Source of the DNA: Candidatus Altimarinota bacterium
Lineage (GTDB): Bacteria > Patescibacteriota > Gracilibacteria > BD1-5 > UBA2023
Reading direction: 5' to 3'
DNA length: 64,000 bases
NCBI GenBank assembly: GCA_043739785.1
Contig: JAYUDN010000001.1
Span: 37,392-101,391, forward strand
The position numbers and the translations under genes were made by a program. Shown piece by piece: positions 22,728 through 33,206 of the stretch (positions within the stretch are counted from its first letter, which is position 1; each line of letters begins with the position of its first letter). The notes under the pieces were generated by a model, which was not told the DNA's origin, searched no databases, and was given only the letters and a program-made list of their open reading frames with translations.

Positions 22728-24770
22728 CTACTCCTTCACCCTGAAGCTACTCTTTTCTCTTCCGACTTCTTTTCCTTTATTTGTGAGGATGATTTTGACG
22801 GTATGAGATCATGGGGTGAGTGAGAGGAGTGATTCCTTTACTGCGGTTCCATCCACTATCCACTCCACACTATCATATGGCACATTAGTTGAATATTTGA
22901 GTGCGATTTTCTGGATTTTTTCGGAAGTGACCGAGTCCTTCTGGTAGAGCGATCCATCGAGTGGACTCTCGATTTCGAGAAAAGGTTTCGAGGATTTATC
23001 GGTGCTCTGAACCAAAGGGGTACTCTCCTCTTTTTCGAGGGCGTAGACGATATGGGCGAATATTTCCCCGGCTCATGTCGCTCCACTTACTCCCTTCATA
23101 TTTTCCCCATTTTTGTTCCCGGTCCAGACTCCGATCATGTAGTGCTTGGTAAATCCGACGGTCCAGTTGTCTCGGAAGTTGCGAGAAGTTCCGGTCTTGA
23201 GAGCGACCCATCGGTCCGGAAAATCAAGGGAAGAACCGAGTGGGAATTCCGGAAGCTTCACATACCGGTCCGAGAGGATGGAGGTGATCTTGTCAGTATA
23301 TTTTTTGTCGACCTTTTGTACACAGGGTGGATGAGAATTCTCCAGGTAGGATATCGGACAGTAGAGACCATCATAGGCGAATATCGAGTAGGCTTGGAGG
23401 AGTTCAAAGAGGGTGACTTCTCCATCTCCAAGCGTGAGTGCGAGTCCATAGTGATCACTGGATTCCTGGAGCGAAGTAATCCCCACACTTCGTAGGAAGG
23501 AGAGGAGCCGATCCACACCGAGGAGTTCGAGGACTTTGATGGCCGGGATATTGATACTCTGAGAAAGGGCTTCTCGAAGGGTGACTTCACCCTGGTAGTC
23601 CTGGGAATAGTTCTTCGGCTCATAAGAGTATCCTTCCGCCGTTTCGTAGTGGACGGGAAGATCTGTGATAGTACTCTCTGGAGTGAGTCCGAGTTCTGAA
23701 AAGGCGAGGAGGTACGTAAAGGGCTTGATAGTGGAACCCGGCTGCCGTGGAGATATGGTCGTATTGACCTGTCCTTCCTCTGACTCGAGGTAGTTCTTCC
23801 CGCCGATCATGACTCGAAGTACGGGCCCTCCTGGAGTTCGTTCGGCGATGAGGATTCCATAGTCGGAGACATTTCTCCACGAGAGGGCGTCGAGGATAGA
23901 CTGAGCAATCGTATCGATACGAGACGTGAGTCCTATATCGATCGTCGTTTCTAGGGTTCCCGAGAGGGCTGAAGTATGACTTTTACTATCCTGCTTGATA
24001 TAGTCGGTAACGAAAGGAAGACTTGCTTTATGGTCATCTCTGAAAGTCAGTTTTTCGGAAGCTATGACCTTTGCTTCTTCCGGATCGATGATCCCCCCTC
24101 ATTCTAATGTCTTGAGAATCTGCTGATACCGTTCATTAAACGCTTTGGGATGGGTATATGGATTGTAGGTATTCGGGTTTTTCGGGATGACGAGGAGTCC
24201 GATTTGTTCGGCGGGAGTGAGGTTTTTCGGTTCTTTGGCGAAATAGTAAAGTGAGGCTGACCGCAGTCCGAAGTTCAGATATCCGAATCCGATACGATTG
24301 ACGTAGGTAGTAAGTATTTCCTCCTTACTCATTATATGGTTGAGCCGTATCGCGTAGAGCGACTCCAGGATTTTGTGGGTGAGATCTCGCCGTTCATTGA
24401 TCCAGAATATATTCCTGATGAGCTGAGCAGAGAGGGTCGATGCTCCCTCTACGATCCTCCCTGCCTGTATATTATGAAGGGTACTTCTCATGATTCACTT
24501 TATACTCAGTCCATTATTACTCCAGAAGTCTCGATCTTCGAGCCACACTATCCCACTGAGATACAGGATCGGGATATCTCTATACGCTATATCCCTGTGT
24601 CGGATACGGTCATCCGCCACGATTTCCCCGATTTCTTCTTGATGGACGTCTTCGATCACGGTAGACGAGGAAAGCCCAGGGATATCAATCGGAAGAAGTT
24701 CTACAACATAAAGAGAAGCACCGAAAAGAACGATACAAATCAGAAAGATGGAAGCACGAAGTTTTCACAT
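22728..24770 (-). CDS. pbpC: Bifunctional class A penicillin-binding protein of PBP1C type
   Basis: GT51 motifs EDRDFW and GASTLSAQLIRN; transpeptidase motifs QPGSTIKPF and KTGTS. The C-terminal W.VDG...L.L.P(G)SHTVKI segment resembles the PBP1C C-terminal domain. 22809.., 23073.. and 24099.. are in frame. Confidence 0.75.
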
Positions 24771-24837
24771 AGAGGGGAGTTCTTTGTTCTAATGGTATTG
24801 ATTTTTATCGAAGGCGAAAGAAATTCTATTTTTTGTA

Positions 24838-24868
24838 CGAAAAAAGAGCTAAAAGTAAAGCTCTTTGG
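24838..24868 (-). terminator. Rho-independent terminator downstream of tRNA-Arg
   Basis: Minus-strand stem aagagct/agctctt followed by a T-run. Confidence 0.5.
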
Positions 24869-24892
24869 TGGTTGATGAGTGTGTTTTCTTGG

Positions 24893-24966
24893 ATGGTGAC
24901 CCCGACAAGAATCGAACTTGTGTCTAAGCCTTAGGAGTGCCTTGTTCTTCCACTAAACTACGGGAT
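24893..24966 (-). tRNA. tRNA-Arg (anticodon CCT), CCA encoded
   Basis: Acceptor GATCCCG/CGGGGTC, D-arm GTT-AGTGGAAG-AAC, anticodon loop CTCCTAA, T-arm ACAAG-TTCGATT-CTTGT. One A.G mismatch closes the anticodon stem. Confidence 0.7.
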
Positions 24967-25081
24967 CGGAGTCTCCTCTATCAGCCTCGAGAGGGTGCGA
25001 ACAGGATATGAAAAAAGCGTATTTATGCAAACTTTGTTATGATGGCTTTGATTTTCCTCGTGATTTCTCTATACTTTCCTC

Positions 25082-25492
25082 ATGCCAAGAACCCCGAAAC
25101 TTCCTCCTTCAGATGAAGGGAAAATCATTTCTGAAAAAGATGTCGAGCACCTCGAGCACCTCGTGAATGCCATCCAAGCGCTTGGACTCGAAGAATTTAT
25201 CGAGTATATCCAGTCACCTTGGAAGCTCCTCTGGCCAAATTTTATCGCTGGGGTCGCTCGATGATTCGGAGCCCTTGTCGGTGCGGCGATCGTCATCTGA
25301 GTGATATGATGGGTTCTCTCGAGCCTGATCGACCTTCCCCTGATCGGGAAACGTCTTGAACCCTATGTCCAAAATGTCCAGTCGGAACTCAAGCAGTATA
25401 CCGAAGCGACCAACTATCGACCCTACTTCGAAAGTATGAATCAGACACTCCGAAAGATAGAAACTAATACCCAACCATGACTACTAAAGTAG
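25082..25492 (+). CDS. Small membrane protein (DUF5665-like)
   Basis: 136 aa. The PNFIAGVAR(G)FGALVGAAIVI(G)VI(G)WVL hydrophobic core contains TGA-Gly codons. Overlaps the fmt start. Confidence 0.45.
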
Positions 25493-26427
25493 GTTTTTTT
25501 GGAACTCCTTCTTTATCTGCCTCAGTCCTGGCAGATCTTTTCGAGGCCTCAGATATAGAGGTGACCTTTGTGGTGACCAATCCAGATAAGGCGGTCGGAC
25601 GATCCGAAGTCCTCGTGCCAACTCCGGTGAAAGAGCTCGCTCTCCTTCACAAGATTCCCGTATTTACCCCGACCAGAATCCGAGATAATACCGACCTCTT
25701 CGACACGCTTCGATCATTTGATGTGGAGTACTTCATCGTTGTCGCCTATGGCCGCATCCTCCCCCAGGAAGTCCTCGATATTCCGAAGAAACTCTGCATC
25801 AATATCCATGGCTCTATCCTTCCGAAATACCGAGGGGCTTCCCCGATTCAATCAGCTCTCCTTCATGGAGAGACCGAGACGGGCGTAACGATTATGAAAA
25901 TGAGCCTCGGGATGGATGAGGGTGATATTTTGAAAATTCGTACGATTCCTATCGCGGCCCATGAAACCAGTGAAACTCTGTTTGAGAAGTTTGCGGAGGT
26001 ATCGGGACCGACCCTCATCGCGACTCTTCATGAACTCGAGATGGGAGGGATTACATCACTTCCACAGAACTATATCGAGGCGACGTACTGTACAAAAATA
26101 GAAAAAGAAGATGGACTCGTGGATTGGAATCTTCCGGCGCGTGAAATCTATCATCGATGGCAGGCCTATACGCCTTGGCCTGGGATCTACACGATGTATG
26201 AGGGGAAACGCCTCCTTCTGGAGGGCGTTTCCAGTTGAAAGTTAAATGTTGAAAGTTGAAAGTTCGGAGAAACGTGACAAGTGATCAAACTGGAAGATGG
26301 TTCAATCTGAGTTCAATGTGGAGAATGAATCTTGACACTTGAGCAAGTAAAGCTAGAATGAAAAAAAACTCAATCCATACGGGATTTTGTAAATGGGAAT
26401 CGGAAGTTTTTAGAGTATAGGTTTTAG
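25477..26427 (+). CDS. fmt: Methionyl-tRNA formyltransferase
   Basis: FFGTP.....L..L, NIHGSILPKYRGASPIQ and a C-terminal domain read through five TGAs (VQCGEGILTLEQVKLEGKK). Confidence 0.9.
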
Positions 26428-26444
26428 CACTTATTTTTTAGGGT

Positions 26445-26660
26445 ATGAGTATAACAAGGAATACAGATTCAAGAGATACTACTCCTCTTCGTGAAAACGT
26501 GGCCGTTCTATTCGTATTTGGGATTTTTGCGGCGCATGATCAGGTTAAAAAAGTAAAGGCAAAAGCAGCTGAAATACAAAGAGATACATGATATATGAGA
26601 TTCTTATGACAAAAAGTGAAGTCATCAGTATCCCGATTTCTCCCTAAGAATGGTAAATAA
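26445..26660 (+). CDS. Small hypothetical protein (71 aa)
   Basis: ATG ORF with two in-frame TGAs; weak support. Confidence 0.25.
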
Positions 26661-26692
26661 CATGGATTTTTTAGCCTTTTATCATTAGAAAT

Positions 26693-26887
26693 ATGAATCA
26701 ACCTTCAGAATCTCTTCCTGAAAGTGAGCAACCTGCTTTTAGCCCGTTCCAACAATTCTCAGATTTTTCTAATGATCTTGAAGGAGCTATGAGATGATTA
26801 GGTGATTGAGTAGCATGACTTACAAACTATATTTTAATGCGTTTTCGAAAACTGTGTCAAACCTGAAAGTGAGAAAAACTTCAATAG
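26693..26887 (+). CDS. Small hypothetical protein (64 aa)
   Basis: ATG ORF with in-frame TGAs; weak support. Confidence 0.25.
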
Positions 26888-26965
26888 AATTATTTGTAAA
26901 CTTCCTAGCAATCGTTCAAATTTATTATTATATTCTCATATTATTTTCTAAGAATTAACCTTAAC

Positions 26966-27319
26966 ATGCCACTCCTATCTTCACCCACACCCATGATCGA
27001 TGAAGGGAATTCAATACACTATGATGGGCTTCCTTTAGAACAAATTCCACATAACGTTGGAACAGTTTATGAACTTATTCGTTTTGAAAGAATGGTTTCG
27101 GGATGAATCCCAACCACGAGTGTTTATCGTAGTGACTTGCATAAGAACTGAATGGAAACAATCGTTGCTATTTTCGGGCAGAGAGCTCAAAAGTTACTTT
27201 CACCAAAAATTGTACAAAACGTAGTGAGTAGTGTTTCTAAGCAAATGGAAACACTCTTTGCTTTTGCTAGTGAATACTTATCTAAAGGTCAAAACCCCCC
27301 AATCTCCTCTCTAAAATAG
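26966..27319 (+). CDS. Hypothetical protein (117 aa)
   Basis: ATG ORF with two in-frame TGAs; ends 4 nt before the HIT gene. Confidence 0.35.
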
Positions 27320-27323
27320 AAAT

Positions 27324-27722
27324 ATGCCTACTATTTTTTCCTTTCTCATCTCGTGAGAAATCCCTTCGTTCAAGATCTATGAAGATGACTATGTTTTCGC
27401 ATTTCTCGATATCAGGCCACATACACCGGGTCATACGCTCATTGTTCCGAAGATCGAAGTAGATCACTTCTTCGAAGTTCCAGAACCGTACTACTCAGCG
27501 GTATTTCAGGCAGCACGTATGATCGCTCCTGCCCTCAAGAAAGCGATGAATGTGCCGAGAATCGGATCCCTCATCATGGGATTCGAAATCCCGCACTTTC
27601 ATCTCCACCTTATCCCCATGTCGGATCCGAAACATCTCGATCCGAATTCTGCTAAACCCGCTGATTTCGGAGAGCTCAAGGTCATCCAGGAAAGTATTAT
27701 CAAATGCTTGCAGGAAGGATAA
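27324..27722 (+). CDS. HIT (histidine triad) family protein
   Basis: IS(G)EIPSFKIYEDDYVFAFLDIRPHTPGHTLIVPK and the histidine triad HFHLHLIP. Confidence 0.85.
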
Positions 27723-27734
27723 AAAGTATATAAT

Positions 27735-28187
27735 GTATTAGTTTATTAGTTTATTAGTTTATTAGAGCATGAGAGCACTGGTGAACGGATGTACCGGACA
27801 AGAACTTTTTTACAGTTTTCGAAACTTCAAGAGTAGATTCTCGTTTTCTCGGGAATGACAGTAGTAAAATTCCCCTTTCAACCTGCTAACTCCCAGAATC
27901 TACTTTTCTCCGTCTCCGTCGCTTCCACCCCTCCTTTTTTACCCCCTAGTCCCCCTTGGAAGGGGGATTCGGAATCCCCTTATTCGTCGTCCAAAGCCTT
28001 TCCACTTTCCGACTTTCTAACCAGCCAATCAGCTTACCGACTCCTTTCCCCATCCCAGCTTACCTGCACCTAGCTATCTCCTCTTCCTCGTCTATTTCGT
28101 CTCTATAGTTTCTACCCTTCACTCCTTCCACCAACCAGCATACCAGCTAATCAGCCAATCTACCTCACTTCTAATCCCCCCTTTATT
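27735..28187. repeat. Intergenic mosaic repeat array A
   Basis: gtttatta x3 (27741..27764); GC hairpin accccctagtcccccttggaagggggattcggaatcccc (27941..27979); reverse-orientation word tracts (ccagccaatcagcttacc, tctaccc). Confidence 0.8.
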
Positions 28188-28952
28188 ATGTGGAATATCG
28201 CCCTCAATACCTTCCGTGAGATCATACGCAATAAGTTTTTCTCCTTGATTGTCTTCTTCGGAGTTGTATTTCTCCTGATTTCTCTCCTCCTGAGAACCCT
28301 GGCCCTTGGGGAAATCGAGCGAATGCTCTATGACTTCGGGCTTTCCTTCATCGAACTCACCGGGCTCTTCGTCGTCCTGTTTCTTGGAGGCGGGATGCTC
28401 TACCGAGAGATCGAAGGACGCACGATCTATCTCCTCCTTTCGAAACCGATTCGTCGGTCGTCGATCCTCATCGGGAAATTTTTCGGGTTTGCGATGATTC
28501 TCGGGCTCATCACCCTCTTTCTCTTCGCTATATTCTACGGACTCATCGTCGGGAACGGATTCACCTTCGACTCGATGGCATATATGGCGGTACTCGGGAT
28601 CTACCTGAAGCTTCTCTCGCTCCTCGCCGTGATTCTCTTTTTCTCGACGGTGGCGTCTCCGATCCTCTCGATGTTTTGTACGATAGCCACCTACTTTATC
28701 GGACACAATGCATACGCGATTCTTGACTTCTCCGCTCGAAAGGGGAGTGTATTTTTCGAATGGATGGGTCGTATTACGATCACCCTCTTTCCGAATCTCG
28801 AAGCCCTCAACCTGAAGAACTATGTTGCGACGGGGATACCATTTGATATAAGGTATTGGTCTCTCGGATATGCAACCGCAGTCCTCTATATCATCGTGAT
28901 CCTCTACCTCGGAGTGCTTCTCTTCAATAAGAAATCATTCGATACGGTGTAG
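28188..28952 (+). CDS. ABC-2 type transporter permease-like membrane protein
   Basis: 254 aa with six predicted TM helices and a NosY/ABC-2-like N-terminus MWNIALNTFREIIRNKFF. No cognate ATPase lies nearby. Confidence 0.55.
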   Translation: MWNIALNTFREIIRNKFFSLIVFFGVVFLLISLLLRTLALGEIERMLYDFGLSFIELTGLFVVLFLGGGMLYREIEGRTIYLLLSKPIRRSSILIGKFFGFAMILGLITLFLFAIFYGLIVGNGFTFDSMAYMAVLGIYLKLLSLLAVILFFSTVASPILSMFCTIATYFIGHNAYAILDFSARKGSVFFEWMGRITITLFPNLEALNLKNYVATGIPFDIRYWSLGYATAVLYIIVILYLGVLLFNKKSFDTV

Positions 28953-29074
28953 TTTGCGAGTTTAGTAAGAATAGGAAGAACAGAAAGGGCATTGGGAAAG
29001 CCACCTAATGGATTTTTTTGACCACGATTTCCACATGACCGAATAATTATTAAGCTATCAGGTACCACTTCATT

Positions 29075-29755
29075 ATGCATTCCACAGATCCTCATTATCC
29101 CATCGAATACACGCTCTGAGAGGTCGAGTTTTTTGGACGGAAATTCCGAGTGACGCCTGATGTATTGATTCCTCGTCTCGAGACCGAGTGACTCGTTCGA
29201 CGAGCTCGCACCCTCCTCCAAAAATCCAATAATCTAAGCACTCAAAAAACCACCATTATTGATATTGGCACCGGTTCATGAATCATCGGGGTGAGTCTTG
29301 CTGATCTCGCGGAGGAAGTGATATTTCTCGATATTTCCGAAAAGGCCCTTGAAGTAGCTCGAAAAAACTTTCGTACTCATTTTCCGAATAAAAAAGCAAA
29401 GTTTCTCCTATCAGACCTCCTTTCCAATATACCAATATACCAATATACCAATATTCTCCTTGTCGCCAACCTCCCCTATATCAAAGCCGATGACTGGGAA
29501 CATATGAGCGAAGACACTCGATATGAACCGGAACTCGCCCTCTTCGGCGGAGAACACACCGGATTCGAACTCTACGAGAGGCTCTTCGAGCAACTTTCAA
29601 CTTTCAACTTGCAACCTGTAACGGTTATGATCGAATTCGGGTTTGATCAACGAGTCATAGCAGAAGAAACCCTAAAGAAATATGGTTGGAAGTATGCATT
29701 TTTTACTGACTATGCAGGCATAGAACGATTCGCGGAAATTAATATTGACTTATAA
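29075..29755 (+). CDS. prmC: Release-factor glutamine methyltransferase (HemK/PrmC-like), short form
   Basis: FRVTPDVLIPRLETE(G)LV, GTGS(G)IIG and VANLPYI (NLPY in place of NPPY), with a TGA at 29279 inside the GxGxG SAM motif. The N-terminal helical domain is absent. Confidence 0.75.
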
Positions 29756-29795
29756 GTATTTTTACCTAATATAAATTATATTATTTTTTAAGAAA

Positions 29796-30314
29796 ATGGC
29801 TACCGAGTTTCAAAACGTTTATACAGATATATCACTTGATCTTTGTAGGAGTTATAGTGAATCAATGATACGAGATATTAATAGTCTTATAGAGGAAGTT
29901 TCAGTGATTGAAACATTTGTTAAATTTTCGAAACAAGAACCTTTACAATGGCTAACTGTACAGAGAGTATTTGAGATTCTCAATACCTCTAGATTTCAAA
30001 GTTTATTCAGTCTTTTGTCTCGGTGAACTGAATCTGAAATATACCAATTTCTCCCGAGTCTCGCAACAAGTATACAAGCAAGTAATGAAACCCTAGATGA
30101 GGATGTAAATAGAGGTTACCTTTTGAGAGAGATAGGTTATTTTCTTAAAGTACTAAATACCGCCACACTTATTTCCCTTAGAGAAAAGGTCGAGCAATGA
30201 AGCATTTCAGATGAAGACATGCGGATCTACCTCGAGTGATCTCGCCAAAGAACAGCAAGATTAAGAAAACAAGTGACATGGAAAGTAGATAAATATAGTT
30301 TTAAATTGAGTTAA
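29796..30314 (+). CDS. Hypothetical protein (172 aa)
   Basis: ATG ORF with three in-frame TGAs, followed by a strong terminator. Confidence 0.4.
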
Positions 30315-30347
30315 AAAAATCCCTTCCAAACTGGAAGGGATTTTTTT
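30314..30347. terminator. Bidirectional rho-independent terminator
   Basis: aaaaaatcccttcc-aaact-ggaagggatttttt. Confidence 0.7.
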
Positions 30348-30350
30348 GAA

Positions 30351-30455
30351 ATCCACTTGAATACTACTCTCACGACCTTCGACGGATCAACTGCAGTTCC
30401 TTCGATGGTCGTGAGAGAGATGTGGTAGCCAAGGAGGTTTTTGTTTGTGACTCAC
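30351..30455 (-). pseudogene. Diverged duplicate of the nusA 3' end
   Basis: The minus strand reads ..LLGYHISLTTIEGTAVDPSK.., compared with the nusA C-terminus ..LLGYRISLTTIEGTEVDPTK.. at 33207..33290. Roughly 80 percent nt identity by eye. Confidence 0.65.
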
Positions 30456-30574
30456 ATCAATCAAGGACAGAACGAAGAATTCCCGGTTATGAAACAACAG
30501 TCTATGAGGAGCGTGAGTTTGTGCGGATTCAGTACTACACAATGGCTACCAGAAATCCACCTGATTCAGAGAGA

Positions 30575-32908
30575 CTACCGATATTGGGAAGCAAGTTCTT
30601 CAAGGGCTTCTAGTTTTAGAAGAACATATGTTTTTTTATTCATTGTCGCTCGTTTCGTGTTTTCTTGTAGCCAAGCTTTTGAGCTATTTTTTAAAGTGGT
30701 TCTTTTGAGAACTTCGTATTTAAGTGGAGCATATTTTGACTCGATTAAGGCTCGGTATTCTTCACCAATAGCCTGGTAAGGTATCCCGGATATTGTTATA
30801 ATACCATTTTCGTTTATTTCCTCATCGATTAGAGAAACTTTTGTATTGATTTCAGCAAGTAACTCTCCAATCTTGCTTACACGTATGGCTCTTCATTTTA
30901 TTCCAGTTTGGGTGTTAAAAAATGGAATACTAAGTTTATCTTTCAGACCCGCTCTCATTGAATGATTCAGATATTGATTATTCTTTCCGTACGTATTTTC
31001 AATATAGTGAATATACCTATTGTCTAATACGTAATACCGTTCTCCTTTAAACGCAAATAATCCGTTTTCATCGATTGCATCAGCATGTACTAAAGACTTT
31101 ACACTCATTTTATCTATTAGAACACTTATAGAGCAAAACTGATACCTTTCTCATTCTTGGGACTGTCATACTTTTAGGTGGTCTTGAGATGCCTTTAGGT
31201 GGTTTTGTAGTCTTTGGAGTCACTCCAACTCAATACTAGCATATCATCTTCAGAGAAGTTCTATCAGTTCTCTGTCGAAGTCCGGATGAATTGCCTGAAA
31301 AGGTACTCATCATATAGTGCCAACACCATTTTTATTTATTTCTACAGATACAATATCTTCCATTACCTCATAACCAGAGAGTGTAAGATTATTAAGCATA
31401 ACCTCTCCTAGCTCATGCATCATCTCAAATGCATTCATTATACCACCTACTCGCTTACTACCATCTCAAGATACTTTAGTATTCGTAGAACCACTATTGG
31501 GGCTGGTTCATCTACTCTGTGCATCTGGTGGAGGAGTCAGTACATCCCATGACCGAGGAGCCATATAGAGTGTATTACTTGTATTTTTTGGAGGATATTT
31601 TTTTAGGTCTTGGGCACTCAAGGAACGCATAATTCGTCACATCAGCTGTATACTCTTGGCCGGAGACATAATCGCACATCACTGCAAATAACATCGAAGG
31701 GTCCTGACATCCCATCACTCTGCGACTTGTTGTACCGTTATAACCAGATCAATACTTCTATCCTGTATTCCTTTTTTTGCTTCGCGTGCGTCCATACCTT
31801 TTTTATACTTTCCATTTCCACTTGTCACGCGTACGGCTTTTACTCACTTTGATAGAGCAAGCTGAGTCACACTCTCAGCGTGTTCTATACTTCTACAAGC
31901 GTATATGCCAAGAAGATAATTATCTTGAGCCTTTTTCTCCTCAACGTACTCATCTATAAGCACTTCATCGAAAACCTTACCATCTTCATCAAAGTATCGA
32001 TATTTTTCATAGTCTTTTGTCGTGTCGTCATCATTGGGGCGGGTAGCATACGCATGACCGAGCAGCCGAGCCGTCGGAAGTATCAGAGTTCCATCATTGA
32101 CCGCGTCTTGAATTTTTCCCATATAAAATGGACGGGCGTATTCGAGTACATTTTTATTGGTAAGTCCAGGAGTAGCCGTAAAGTAAAGGTGAAGTTTTTT
32201 CTTGGCAATTTCTGAGATAATGGCTTCAGCTTTATCAATCTCAGATCCATCTTCAGACTCGGTGTCTTCCTCGGAAAGTGAAGTAAAGTGAGATTGAGTT
32301 TTTTCTCATAAACTCTTATGTCACTCATCAGATATGATACAATTTACCTGAGCAAAGATACTTTTAAGTACACCAAAATGAGACTTCGCAAGCTGATTGA
32401 ATCCATGGTAGGTAAGTATGATTACACCATTTGTATTCGATTGCATAAAATGGGGTATTCACTGAATCTGTTCTCATAGACTCCCATCACTTTCAGATGA
32501 TAGGCAAAATACCTCTCATTCGCTATACCCGACACCTGACTTCTCTTCGTTTCCTACGAGTTCATCTCGAGTATTACTTATAAGAGGAATATTGGGAACG
32601 AGAATGACATTGTTTCATCCGAGGGCTCTAAGTATTTTTCAGAAGAGATAGGTTTTTCCTACTCAGATGGCCAACTTCGCCAGTCCTGTACGATATCAAG
32701 ATTGTACTCAATCTATGATTCCACCAAGAGCATCATTTTGCTGTCCACGAAAAGAAATATCCTCATCACTCAGTTTCTGTAACTTCGCCACTTCTGATGG
32801 TATATCAGGCTGGGAAAGAATATCTGTAACTTTTCCACTATTGTCATTTGTGGGTAATCATAGGGCGGGGGGTGCATCAGGGCTGACCGATGGTTCTTCA
32901 GTATGCAT
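30575..32908 (-). CDS. SF2 (DEAD/DEAH-box, type III restriction res-like) helicase, 777 aa
   Basis: Motif I LAI(G)VGKTY, motif II IISDE(G)H, motif III TATPG, motif VI QLM(G)RIMR. More than 30 in-frame TGAs, so only 2 fragments (30893.., 31844..) appear in the standard-code track. Confidence 0.7.
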
Positions 32909-33156
32909 GGAAATAATTAAGTTACCTATATATAATAATATTATTATAACATATATATGTAAATATACAAATACTTCTAGTCACATCTAATTTCTACTTC
33001 TGCAGTTAGTCTACATTTTTGAAGTATCAAAAGGTTCTGTACTCATCTAAAGCCGGAGAATAATATCTTGTGACAAGCACAGAATAGGAGTCTATTAACT
33101 CTAAACAACATGAGTAAAATCAGTTTTCCTTGCCTTCAGTGATGAGTGTACATTAT

Positions 33157-33190
33157 AAAATCTCCTTCCAGATTAGAAGGGGATTTTTTT
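33157..33190 (-). terminator. Terminator downstream of nusA
   Basis: aaaatctccttc / gaaggggatttt hairpin with flanking A/T runs; homologous to the hairpin at 30314..30347. Confidence 0.55.
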
Positions 33191-33206
33191 GAAATCTATT
33201 TGTTTA

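Noticed and set aside
24893-24966. Candidate UGA-decoding suppressor tRNA-Gly(UCA)
   Set aside because: With the D-stem and anticodon stem placed canonically, the 7-nt loop is CTCCTAA, giving anticodon CCT (Arg). An alternative 8-nt loop reading requires no nucleotide between the D and anticodon stems and was discarded.
28119-28706. 195-aa minus-strand ORF rich in E/R/K
   Set aside because: It is the antisense shadow of the ABC-2 permease gene (28188..28952), which has clear TM helices.
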